This document shows positions 32,692-44,233 of a stretch of 64,000 nucleotides of DNA, piece by piece. The notes beneath the pieces are model-generated. The model ran no database searches. It had not been told where the DNA came from and was given only the letters and a program-made list of their open reading frames with translations. Position numbers and translations under genes: made by a program. Within the stretch, counting starts at the first letter, position 1. Each line of letters begins with the position of its first letter. Source of the stretch: Lophium mytilinum (taxonomy: Eukaryota); contig MU004186.1 in assembly GCA_010093605.1 (NCBI GenBank), forward strand, positions 1,468,616 through 1,532,615. The letters are read 5' to 3'.

Positions 32692-33697
32692 ATGTCTTCC
32701 AGCAAAAAAGGAGTCAAGGGGCCAAAAGCCGGCTACTTTGGATCGATCGCTGGGATCCCAGAAATCCACGCCGACGACAGCGCAATGTTCATCGATTCGA
32801 TCAGCAACTTCAGCGATGAACCAAGCAGTTACGAAACCGATACAACCGAGGTACATCCTTTGATCCCTATTGTCCCACCTTTATCCAGATCCTTCGCGTA
32901 CTCGTTCCCTAACACACATCTCCCAGCGCTTGGGCTCGCCGCCCTTGGGCCAGACCTTGCTCCATGGCTTCTGTGAATGCCCCAGCCCAACCAGCACTGG
33001 ATGCAATACGCATTCCTGCGAGTGCTTCAAGAGTCGTGGTCCTTGCGGCGGCTTTTGCGCTTGCAAGGACTGTTGCAACATATTCAATATAGAGAAGAAG
33101 TTCTTCGAGGACGAGGATATGCGCTATACCCCTTGTTTTGTGGACTGGGTCAGGCGGCGGAAGTACAAGGTCGATCTCCAGGATCCAGAGCTCAGAGAGA
33201 GGCTTCGCTGCAAGCTTTTCAATATCCACCCCCGAACGGGCACCATAAAACCTTTACCACCTTTGCCCAGCGAGGCACTTTGGAAGCCAGAATATATCCT
33301 TGCATCACGACCTTTACTCCGCGAGGCCCTTTGGAGTCCACCAAAAAATTCCGTGCCACTACCACCTTTATTCAACTCCGATATGCAAGGCGACCCCGGT
33401 GCTAACAAACCTTTGTTCTCCTCCGAAACGCTCGACGAAGAAGTCATGATGCTTGCGCAGAGGTGGTTGGAGCCTGAGGTCGAAAGAACTGAAATTTTGC
33501 GAAAATTATTTAGAGCCGGGCTGGGACAAGGCGAGAATGCGCATTACTTCTCGTTCTGCAAGGGAAAGAATGGAGTTTGGGTGGACAAGAACGAAGTGGA
33601 GCATTGCTCGGCCTGCCGGTCATGTGTTAAGCCCGGACACCTATGCTGGGGAGAGGCTTGTCAAAAAAAGAACCTAAAGATGAAGTCTCAAGGCTAA
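32692..33697 (+). CDS. CXC-like plus Cys/His-rich protein, paralog B
   Basis: ATG 32692, exon 1 ending ..DTTE, intron 32851-32926, then CEC..TGC.THSCECFKSRGPCGGFCACKDCCN, PCFVDW, KVDL.D.E, R.GLG, YFSFC...EHCSACRSC. Confidence 0.78.
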
Positions 33698-34493
33698 GCG
33701 TTTACGAATTAAGGCTGGGTCTACTGCCATCTTGCTAGCTCATGGCTTCGCCTTGAGTTCGCTCGAGTAGGGCTGCGGCTGGAATGTCTTCGCCTACGCT
33801 CTGAGGGAGTCGTACTGCTTTTTCTTTGGCAAGCTGCCTCTTGCCTTCCTTGTATTATTCTGTACAGTACGTTAGCCATGCTTCAGAGACTGGAAATGAG
33901 ATGGCCTCCTTGATCATTTGAGCAATGGTTGCTTGTGACTATTACGATGCTTGACCGAAGTTCCCACCCCTCGCAACATACAGCGACAGGTCATAAGTCT
34001 GGCACACTCGTTTGCCAGTACTAGGGGGTGGCCCCGTGGAATTTCCCCTGATCCAGAAGCGATGTTCCAGTTTAAGGGGTTGGACACCTGCCTCTGAACT
34101 AGCTGGCTCTCTAGTAACGGAGCTTCTCTTAGCAGCGATGTCTGAGTTCCAAAAGTAATACTTAAGATGTGGTACCCGTGTGCCCAGACATGTGGTATAG
34201 TACTGGAGCACTACTAAGAGATGAGTGTTTATAGACGCATGAAAGTTTGATATCGCCTACAACAAGAGCTGAGGACCGGAATCTAGGGTGAGAGGTATAG
34301 TGGGATGAGGAGTGACGTAGCAAGCAGTAGCAATGGAAAATTCCAATGAATGAATGGCCATATCGAGTCATGATTACAGACAACTCCGTGAGAAACACAA
34401 CCTCGGTGAGAGACCTGTATTCAAAAGGAAACCCCCGCCCCTACCCTATGCCTCATAGCCTTCATTCCATCATAGAAACTGACTGCCCCTCGC

Positions 34494-36175
34494 TCAAGAG
34501 AAGTCCTCCTCCACCGACTCGATACTGTTCTTGATCCTCAGCAGGATAGTGGTTTTCCACTTGTCCAGCTTGGACATCTGGTCGTATTGGAAGAGCTTGT
34601 CTGCGAACATCTCTTGGTCGCCTTCCTTGCATGCTTCGGCCAAATCGACGAGCAGCTGGTGTTCGCGTTGTTGGGAAAAGCTGTTATCGAGGTCGCGGTA
34701 TCGTTCCAGTGCGGCGTTGACACCGACCATGTCACCGGTAGCTTGGTACTAAAGTCAGAGAGCGAAGTTGGACAGGACTTGGAAACTCAAACCTAGTGAA
34801 CAGATTCCGGCTTTGAGGAGATATCTATTACGTGGTTAGATATAAGCTAGCAAGAAGAGAGGAGATCGCTTACTCCTTGACCGACCACTTCATAAGATTG
34901 TTCTGAACCGAGCTCTTGGCGACGCGCTCATCTGAAGACATACGTTAGAAGGGAAATTGGATATGATCGGGTAACCTACAAAGCTCAATCGCCTTATAAT
35001 CTGGAATGCCGTTAGTTGAGATCTATGTTTCATTCCATTCGCAATCTTACAGTCTTTGCCTTCGAGGGCGACCAGATCCGCAGTCTTCAGCCATAGTTTG
35101 TTTGCAAGAGCTGCACATCATGAGTCAGCGACGATAATGTTACGAGTTATTTGGCAGTTCTAAACCTTCTGCATTGTCCTACAACCCGAAGCTGTTAGCA
35201 ACTGCCACATGTTCATCACCGAGCTTAGTGACTTACGCTCTCGTACCAAGATGCGGCCCTGATTGAAGTTTGTTAGCAGGAGTGATACTTAGGCAATGAA
35301 TACGCACTCTTCGTAAGCAGCAGCAGCTCGTCCTTCATCTTGAAGTTCTATTTCGAAGAGTTCCTGTTTCGTCGATCAGCGTTGGCCGAGCATTGGAAAG
35401 ACCCGGGACATACGGCGATATTCTGTTTGTCTAGAACTAGTCAGCGAGACCATTCCAGACGCATACACTCAGCAGTACTTACGAGTTGCAGCTCGTCGGA
35501 AATTGCCTTTGCTGGCGTAGTGTGATATGGCTTTGTCGAGACACCTCGCAGCATCTTCTGGTGACTCCTTCCTGTTCAAATCAGCTGAAATTCCTGGCTG
35601 AATGAAATCTAACTAACCTATAAGCCTTGAAGGCTTCGGTCCTACGTGGTCATCATGGTTAGCAGACGATCTATGACGCCCTCGGTTCGAATACCTGAAA
35701 CATACATAGTATTCGCAAAGTCATCCGGTTCGTTCAGATTCGTGAGCTGAATCGATCCGGCCTTCTCGAATGCTCGGCCTGCTTCCATTCCTGGGACCAT
35801 GTTAGTGGTCACGTACTTGATGACCTTACGAATGATGAATCTCATACCCTGCTTTGCCATGCGGAATGCCTTTGAAGGTTAGCAACTGTTTCGCAACAAA
35901 ATTTTCACAAATACGAACATTGGCGGCTTGGATGTAGAGATCGGCGGCGTTCTCATCTTCGAGCTATCAGTATGTTCCTAGCAAGTGAGGATAGAATAGG
36001 ACTCAGGCAATCAGCATACATTTATCGGAGCGACCTCCAAAGAAGCTGAATCCGGACCCAGCACCCGCAAGCGCCTTATCGGCCTATGATGCAAGGGCTC
36101 ATTAGCAGTGGCACATGCAGCTTGGTGAGGCGGCGTACCCACCTTCTGTAAAGCCACCCTGGGATCTTGGGCCAT
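34494..36175 (-). CDS. SEC17: Alpha-SNAP (vesicular fusion protein Sec17), 16 exons
   Basis: Spliced product MAQDPRVALQKADKALAGAGSGFSFFGGRSDKYENAADLYIQAANAFRMAKQ...KGNFRRAATHKQNIAE...DNAEALANKLWLK.ADL...NNLMKWSVKEYLLKAGIC...YDQMSKLDKWKTTILLRIKNSIESVEEDFS. Confidence 0.96.
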
Positions 36176-36561
36176 GTTGTGCAATTACCACCGGAGGTTC
36201 GGAGGGAATACGAGGAAAGTGTTGAGCAGGAGTCCAGTTGTTGAAGGCAAGAGGTCAATAAGAATCCGTGTTCTCTTTGAAGATGATGACCTGGCTAGCT
36301 GTAGGCTGAACCGCAAGTCGTTGGCGGGCGACGCGGCTAAACCTCGGCCCCACCGCTCCGCATCCGCCATCAACGACGTCCCTTCATCAGATGTCTTCGC
36401 GTGTAGACCATTTCAGCGGTCCCTCGGCTTTTATAGTCCTTAGTATTTGTTGTTCATCCTCCTGGAACTCTCAGAGAACCATTCGTGCAATAGTAGTAGG
36501 CATTTCGGCACGTAGTAATGTCGAGACACTTATTAACATTCACTAACAGCTTGCAGAGTAA

Positions 36562-37149
36562 ATGGCAACAGGACGCTCTTTGATCTGCCTACGGGCGGTC
36601 CGTCCCTCCATCCTATTACTATCGAACGTCGGGCGCTCTATGCCTTGGAACATCAAAAGACACAACTCATCGGAGCCATTGGCAGACTGGGAACAACAGC
36701 TTGCAAGGCCCTCCTGGTCTGTCCAATCACTTTTACCCTCCGACACTCAGACTGCCGACGCGCCAACGATTTCAGTGAAGCAACTTCACCACCTCCTACG
36801 ATTATCTGCGTTGCCGTTGCCAGCTAGTGCAGAAGAAGAGGCCAAGATGCTAGACACGCTTTCCTCACAATTGCATTTCGTGCGCGAAATTCAGGAGGTA
36901 GACACCAAAGGAGTGGAACCGCTGCGAGCGATAAGAGACGAAACATCCGCCGCCGAGAAAGAGCAGGAAATCAACTTGGATACCTTGAAAGATGCACTGG
37001 CTAAAGAAGATGTTATTGGGAAGCATCACAAGCGGATTCGACGAAGGACAGACAAAATTGATGCCAAGGATGTAGAAGACTGGGAGGTCCTCGGCTACGC
37101 AGAGCGCAAATCCGGGAAGTATTTCGTCGTCGATAGTGGGAAGTCATGA
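36562..37149 (+). CDS. Mitochondrial glutamyl-tRNA(Gln) amidotransferase subunit C/F (GatC/GatF-like)
   Basis: Arg/Ser-rich N-terminal presequence, PSWSVQSLLP, LHHLLRLSALP...L..QLHFV.EIQEVDTKGVEPLRAIRDET, C-terminal GKYFVV. Confidence 0.85.
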   Translation: MATGRSLICLRAVRPSILLLSNVGRSMPWNIKRHNSSEPLADWEQQLARPSWSVQSLLPSDTQTADAPTISVKQLHHLLRLSALPLPASAEEEAKMLDTLSSQLHFVREIQEVDTKGVEPLRAIRDETSAAEKEQEINLDTLKDALAKEDVIGKHHKRIRRRTDKIDAKDVEDWEVLGYAERKSGKYFVVDSGKS

Positions 37150-37429
37150 TGCGCTCCATTTTTCTCAATGTCACTGTTCGCATTGCTCAAGTCTCCATTG
37201 CCAATCATTGGACTCATTAAAGTACATACGCTCCGCGGATACCTATCCATAGAACCTAATGAGCTGGACTACCGAGAGCGCTCCCGCCAAGCGCGAACGC
37301 CTGCAACGGCTACAAAAGGAGATACCAGAAGACACTATAAAGAGCAAATCCATCAAAGTATCTCGACAAGTTCAGAAATACCGTTTAAGTCAAGAGACAT
37401 GATCCAAGAAAGCTGAACATCAGCACAAA

Positions 37430-37963
37430 TCACAACATAGGACGCTCAATCCCACATCCGCAAGACGTGCAGTACTTGAATCGACTAGATTCCTCACAGC
37501 AATTGCAAAATGGCTTCTCGTCGAGGTCAGGAATGTCTGGTGTCGGTAGCCTTCCCATCTTAGGGGTTGGCGGCGGCGAAGGCAGATCAGGCTGCATGAA
37601 TCCCGTGTTCTTCATCTTGAGTGGGGTTTCGGTCACGCTCTGGGCTGGGTCAGGCGAGTGTTGGTGAATGATGGCTTTGGCGTGTGATCGGCTAAGTCTT
37701 GGCGAAATGTCCATCACGTGACGGCTAGATTCACTCCGTAGGCCGCTACACTCGGCCTCAACCACAAGCTGACGGGACGTCTTTCGTTGCTTTTTGGACC
37801 GATTGGCCGCCTTCATGGAAGATCCTCCGGTTTGCCTAGCAGAATTCCTGCTGCCTGAGGTCTGGTCTGACGCAGCAGCCCCGGCCGGCGACGAGGCATG
37901 GCGACGATACTCCTGGACTCGCACGACCGCGCCATCGTGGCTCTCGACTCGCCGATACTCCAT
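37430..37963 (-). CDS. Hypothetical protein with PSPPPTP..RLPTPD and Cys-rich C-terminus
   Basis: 177-aa ORF with gccATGg context, YRRVE..DG..VRVQEY, LPSPPPTPKMGRLPTPDIPDL and FCNCC...CTSCGC. Confidence 0.55.
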   Translation of the reverse strand: MEYRRVESHDGAVVRVQEYRRHASSPAGAAASDQTSGSRNSARQTGGSSMKAANRSKKQRKTSRQLVVEAECSGLRSESSRHVMDISPRLSRSHAKAIIHQHSPDPAQSVTETPLKMKNTGFMQPDLPSPPPTPKMGRLPTPDIPDLDEKPFCNCCEESSRFKYCTSCGCGIERPML

Positions 37964-39476
37964 GGCTAGTCTGGGTGGATGCGTTGGGAAAGACTTGCTT
38001 CTGTTGGGCGGCGGCGACGACGTGCTGGTAGCCGGCAGTGCTGCAGCGAGACAAGAGAGCTTTGACTACTAGCAGCGAAACACTTCGATGGTATTGAATC
38101 TAGTGCACTAAGTCAAGACGATTTGCGACGGCTTTGGTGGGTTGAGCGATGAAAGTGTGGAGGTGGAAGTGGCAGGTAGGAGGGATGGTGCGAGGAGTCG
38201 GGGGGGAGCTGACTTATAAGGTGAGGACCGACATGGGCCTTGGCGTGCATCCCCCAAAGGCAGGGCGCATGGATTCCACCACCCCACCTCATCAGGTTCA
38301 CATACTATGTCCGTCCTGCCTTATCACCGCCACGCAATTGCATATACGTCCATTTCACCGACCGAAAATGTGCAGCGAGGCCATCTGACTTCGCGGACCA
38401 AAATTGCGGCTCTTGGGGGGTTCACAGCGAGCGGCCTCAGACAAAATCTTGTCAGGCACCCACAACGAGATTTCCGGAGTCTAATAGAGTACTCTATGAG
38501 TTTGATAGAACGCTTACTTTCGATGTATCCCTTTTTGAACTGTTGATTTTCAATATCACTGTCGTCACCCTCTATCTCAAGCTATATTGTCTGCATCGCA
38601 TCGTACCACTCTCTTTTTCCGCCCCTCTAAACTTTTAGTCTTTCAACGATTCGACAGGAATCGTTTTCGATGGGCTAGATATCCTGGTTGTGGTGTTCTA
38701 CGCCAACCGTGCTCGGGAGCATCTTCTTGGACTGGAGGTTGGGGGAAGCGAGAGGACCCGGAAAATGCCAAGCATGCACGGCTTACTCATGCAAACATAC
38801 ACTGCCCGACATCTCATCTGGGCTTAGCTTACCGTAGGATCATCTTTTGGCTCCTGAAAACCTGTTTATGTAAGTTATTTTCCCTGGTCATTGGCTGGCA
38901 AAAGTCTGCACCCTTGCACCTACGTCCGTGCACGTTTCTATCAGGCATCCAAACTAGCTGCGCCTCAGGTCGCTGAAGGGCGGTTCTGAAGGGTTCGCCC
39001 TCGATTCGCGCCCTGTACCTAGCGACCGGGTTGCAGCAGTGGCGTTTCGGTGTTGTCGGGGTTCGCAGGACGAGCCAATACGGTTGGGTTCACTTGGTGC
39101 TGCGCACCAAGAGGGGACCATATGATTGGGCCAGGACAAGAGCGCTGCACCTAAAGAGCCCACGCGCAAACAACGACGAAGTGTGTCACTCTTTTCTGGA
39201 CTTTCTGATGGCGAAATTGTGGATTTCAGATGTTGTATACGTTTTTACTTACTATGTTGTTGTGAACTATCGCGAGACAAAATTTCGACCTGAACGAAGC
39301 AGGTCACGTGCGTGTGCAAATTGTCGGCGTTCATATTTATTCGATTGTTTGAACGGCCATCACGCACCTAGATACCTAGCCAATGATGCAAATCGCAGAG
39401 CCAATCGTGTTCACTAACATCACGGTATCAACCCCCAAGGAAGGAAGGTTCCTGACGCATTGTGTGGTAAACCAGC

Positions 39477-40414
39477 TCACTCCCGCCATCCTGCTAGTGT
39501 CATGACAAGTAAATCCTTCTCTACGATCTCATCCTTTCGCTCAAGAAGTTCACTCACGTCCCAATTACATGTAAGCATTCTCCCGCGCAAGAAGTCTACT
39601 CCAGGCGTGGCAGCGAGCCATAGGCAGAAAGCGCCCGGTAATTCTTCACCAAGTTAGTCACCACCATACCACGAGTTCGGAAGGACCATAACATACCATT
39701 ATCGTCTGCCGCAGGAATACCCGCCCTCCTAGACATGTCGGTCTCGATTCGTCCAGGATGGATCGAAAACACGCGCAACTTGGCCCCCATCTCGACATGA
39801 AGGTATTCAGCCATCTTCCATGCCGCGAGTTTCGATGCCGAGTAGGCAGACATGGTTGGAACTGGGGCCATGTGGATGCCCATCGTCGACACATTGATGA
39901 AGGTCGGCGCCGTCGTGCTTTCCGAAATCATACCAAAGCGGGTAAAGGCTTGCATGCAGTTCAACGTGCCTTTGACGTTGACCTCAAAGCTACGCCAATA
40001 CTCCTCGGTGTTGGAACTTTCGATTGTGCCCAATTTCAGGTCGCCGGCGTTATGGACGAAGACGTCTATTGCGCCGAATTCCCGGCAGACTGTCTCAACG
40101 GTACGGGAGACGGCTTCTGTATCGCATATGTCGACGGCAAAGGATCGAACTATCGTATCGTGTTCAGCTGCCACGGCTGCGGCTGATAATTCTTTTTCTG
40201 CCGCTTGAAGAGAAGAGGCTGTCCGTCCAAGGATGACAATGGTGCTGGCTCCGGCTGTGGCAAACACTTTAGCAATGTATTTCCCCACTCCTCTCCCTCC
40301 GCCGGTGACGAGAATGGTTTTGCCTTTCACTGATAGAGCAGGGTTCGAAGGATCTATTGCCATGTAGATGGAGCTATGGAAGTTTTTGGTAAAGGTGGGC
40401 CAAGGGAACGCCAT
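39477..40414 (-). CDS. Short-chain dehydrogenase/reductase
   Basis: TGGGRGVG, NAG, FEVNVKG, catalytic YSASK, HPG. An intron near 39697-39644 joins ELPGAFCLWLA..DFLRGR..CNWDV.EL. TGA 39479-39477. Confidence 0.93.
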
Positions 40415-40628
40415 TTAAAATAGGTCTTTGCTGGAGTCGGTTATCTGCTAGAGAGGCACGGAAACGCAGATCGATTATGAGATACGTTTTCGAACTGATT
40501 CTTGGGGGCCTTTATATTTAATCACAAGCCCTTAGTATCTATCAACTCTCGTACGCAAAGTAAGCCATCAATGGCTTACTCTGCCATGAGACGGAAAACA
40601 CCAGCAAGAAGAGCACGCTGGGCATGAA

Positions 40629-40785
40629 AAAGGTGGCACACTCAGCAAGAATTCGCACTTCAAGAAAGATATAGAAACTCTTAGGGTGGTTCTACGTGAA
40701 AACTTGCTAAAGCGCTTCAAGCAGTGTTAGAACAGGTGCACACACAACCACACGAGACACAATGCTTGCTGAGTGTGCTACCTTT
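40629..40785. repeat. 25-bp inverted repeat pair in the SDR/bZIP divergent promoter
   Basis: 40629-40653 AAAGGTGGCACACTCAGCAAGAATT versus reverse complement of 40761-40785 AAAGGTAGCACACTCAGCAAGCATT (23/25). Confidence 0.8.
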
Positions 40786-41019
40786 CTTTTTCAGGCCCAG
40801 CGTGATTAGCTGGAGATCTCCGCTGGTGTTGCCAGTCTAGCCAATCATAAGTGGCCTCCGTGTCCTGGGCTTATTCTCAAGCAGCGAAGCGCCCCACTTT
40901 GGCTTACTTCTCGCGAATAGCTACCAAAGTACACGAAGCAAAACACGTCAAAAGAGGAGATAAGCCACAACGGCAGAACTACGTACCATCTCCTAGACAT
41001 AGTTCAGACAGCAGCCATC

Positions 41020-42125
41020 ATGACCAAAAAAGCCAGTACGCGGAAGTCTGGGAAACGGAACCGAGTCCTTACCGAAAGCAGGAGGCGGCAGAATAGAGAA
41101 TCCCAGCGTCGATATCGTGCGTGCTACGTTGACGGATAATCCGGCCTTTGCTGATCAAACGTCAAGGGGAACGTCGAAAAGTCACACAGGTCCTTGGGTC
41201 CTCTTCCTCTACCATCGATACCGTCGTGCCTTCTTTTCAAGAGGATTTCGATGTGGGCAGTCTAGAATCATACAACTTGCACCCACTTTTGAACCCAGAC
41301 GACATTCTATATGGTCTATCGGACTTTTTGGTTTGCGAGTCAACACCGCTCAGTCTACTCGCGGAAGAGCAGCCAGCGCCTATTTGCGACATGACTGGTG
41401 CGCTCACTCCTACTCGAGGTAACCGGCCGCAATCTACTATTCCTCGGAACTCAGCTTTCCCTTCACCATATATCAACTACCTCCAAATTCAAAAGCTCAA
41501 CTTCTACGCTGCGCGGATTCAGAACGCTCTCTACATAGGAGTTCCACTTAAGGTAGCAGAGGCTGAAAGCTTCCTCTCCCCATGGTATCTTGAAACACAG
41601 TGGACGTCAATCATCTCGGCTTCCTCGTCAAGCTATTTATCTGACACAGAAACACCAATTCTCTCAAACGCCACTTGCTCACGCAGTGCCAGCACTGGCG
41701 GTATCGGCATCATAAGGCCAGTCCGCGTGCGGCCCTGCTTCGAGCTCTCCAAAAGCGTAATGTCGGACCTCGCCCCAACACCGCTCCAGCGCTCGCATCC
41801 GCACGAGATGTTTCTTGACTTGATTCCCTTTCCCGTGTTTCGCGATCGCGTTATCACGATGCTCTCTATGGATCCACCAGCGTTTAATGAGAGGGAGCTC
41901 AAACAGGACATCGAAGCCGATGGCCTGCTCGTGTGGGGTGTCGGGCAGGGGACGAGAGATCGTTCTGCGACGCTGGTGAGAGATCGGCGGAACTGGGAGT
42001 GCTCAAAGTGGTTTTTTGAAAAGTGGAAGCTTTTGGTAAATGGGTCGGGGCTAGAAGAGCAGAGTAGGTGGTGGAGACGGATGAGGGGAGAAGATGAGTG
42101 CGACGAGGATGTGCTTGGAGCCTGA
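41020..42125 (+). CDS. bZIP-type basic-region transcription factor with DUF3425-like C-terminal domain
   Basis: ATG 41020, MTKKASTRKSGKRNRVLTESRRRQNRESQRRYR, intron, then DLAPTPLQRSHPHEMFLDLIPFPVFRDRVI..ELKQDI..GLLVWG..WE...FFEKW..L and WRRMRGE. Confidence 0.88.
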
Positions 42126-42844
42126 AGTCTGGCACCTAAAGTAACACTTTTGACTCTCTATCTACTAAAACCAGGAGCGTCTCACTTCTAATCCACTGTG
42201 TCCAGATCCCAAACCGACGATGCGGCAGCCCGCACTCTACTATCGAACAACTGGCTGCATATATCGTAAACCTCAAGCTAAAAATCCCTCTAATTTATAT
42301 CAACACACATAGCAGGCTTAGTTTATGATTGCCTACCACCGTTTGAGGTACCCTGATACGTCGGCGAAAACCAGAAATCAACAATTTTGACATGCTTGAT
42401 AGCTCTTGAAGCCACCTCAGACCACGTCAAATCAAACTATCGCCTTGTTTTCAATGAAATCGGACGGGCGCATCCAGCACCAACCGTCGTCATAGTTTCG
42501 TGTCTCCATACTTTCATTGCTAGATAGCTAGCGCTACCTATGAGGTTCCGGGGAAATTGACCTTGGTCATGTCGGTCAAAGACTTGGGATGGAAAGAAAT
42601 AAAGCAACGAGAACCAAAGCAGAAAGACCCAAGCCAATAATAGACGGGAGCCATTTTGCATACCTTCCAACCCATAAATAAGGATCGCAAAGACCTTCCC
42701 CTGTCGTGGTAAAACTTTTGTGGCCAAAAAGCTCGGAGCAAATTCCGATCCGGAGAACTAAGCAAACCCCCTAGCAGCTCACAGATCGCCGGAAACTGTG
42801 CAGTGATAGCTCGTCGAACGCGAAAGTGGTCGTTCGTATGGCAA

Positions 42845-43983
42845 TCAAAGAGTATCTCCATCATCCAGGCCCGTACCGTCCGCAGTCTTCTTCCTCCATA
42901 TCGCCACGCTTGCCGCCATATGCTCCTCGTCTTCCTTTGAGCCACGGACGGCGAAGTCAAGCCATGTAGGAAGCTCCTCATGTCCCAGAGTGTAAGCTTT
43001 CAAAAGAGTAGCAGTCCGCTTCAGTGATGCCTCTGATGATGGTTCGCCGTCGAGGCCGATGAGGTCATCAGCCCATCGCAATGTGTACTGGACGTATTTC
43101 GCAGCCGGCATCCATTCGCGAACTTTGCTGAGATGGTCACCGAATGCACCTGGCCAGTTCCGGAGACTTTCCCAGTAGATACCGTACTCAACTCGTCGAA
43201 CAAGAGCATTGTAGGGGCTTTGGATGAACTTGATCTCGTGGTCGCGGAAGGAGTGGATGGCTTGTGGTCTTCCGACGAACTTATTACAGCTGTAGAAAAC
43301 CTTCTGGCATTCGGCGTAGACCTGTCGACAGACGCTGAATAGTTGCTGGAATGGACGATCTTTATTGGCTCCCCTGTTGCTACTATCAGGCTTGTTGTCG
43401 TCGGCTTCGCTATCGCTGCTGTCCCACAAAATGTGGAAATCGGGCAGATCATCGCGAAAGCAAATAGATCCTTCGCAAACGAGAGCTTCCTTGTAGATCA
43501 TCTCCCGGATCTCAAGCGATATGTCGAGGAAGCTGATGCGGTCCGAGTCCGTCTTTTGCGACGGGACCCATTTCAGGAGCTCCTTCTTACGCTCCTCTGT
43601 GATGAGGGCAGGCTTGAGCTGTGCTACGAGAGCGTGGGCAATGCCACCACTCTCGCTGTCCAAGGATTTGGACTCGATATGAGATTCTCCCAAGCCATCC
43701 GATTCATAGAAGTCGTTTAGTTCGCTCTGGTCTTCCCCGCTATCGGAGTCGAAGGACTCATCCGCACTTCCGGCATCGGCAAAGTCATCCTCAGTATCAG
43801 AGTGAGGTGATGCCTCGTCGTTGTCGAGCTGATTTGCCACATATTCTCGCTATCCGAGCAAGAGGAATCGGTCGTGTCGTCCCCGACATCAGAATCCAGT
43901 GAGGCCTCCTTCGCGTCGAGTTGGGTCGCCTCATCTTTTTCGTCTGCATCAACGATACGGCTATCTCGATCCAGATTCGCCAT
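42845..43983 (-). pseudogene. F-box-like protein copy 1, with an apparent 1-nt frameshift near 43845
   Basis: ATG 43983 frame reads MANLDRDS..SCSDSE and must change frame to EYVANQLDNDE..., which carries ISFLDISLEIREMIYKEALV...LFSVCRQVYAECQKVFYSCNKF. 5'UTR intron 44063-43993. Confidence 0.65.
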
Positions 43984-44125
43984 CGTCAATTGCTGTTCAA
44001 AGATCGATGGTTAGCCAAAGCAGATTCGTGGATATTGCTTAGAGACTTGCAGCAGAGGCTTACCTAGATGTCAAGAGTGTTGTTCGAGCCTTATAGCTCG
44101 CAGATAGATAGAAGATGGAGGGTAG

Positions 44126-44233
44126 AGAAGAAGCAAGAGAGGTAGTAAGAGAGGTAGTTGGAGAAGTAGTAAGAAAGGTAGTGGGAGAGGTAGTAAGAAA
44201 GGTAGTAAGGGAGGAAGTAAGAGAGGAAGTAAG
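44126..44233. repeat. 12-bp minisatellite (AGAGGTAGTAAG consensus, about 9 units)
   Basis: Units read directly: agaggtagtaag, agaggtagttgg, agaagtagtaag, aaaggtagtggg, agaggtagtaag, aaaggtagtaag, ggaggaagtaag, agaggaagtaag, plus a degenerate unit at 44126. Confidence 0.85.
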
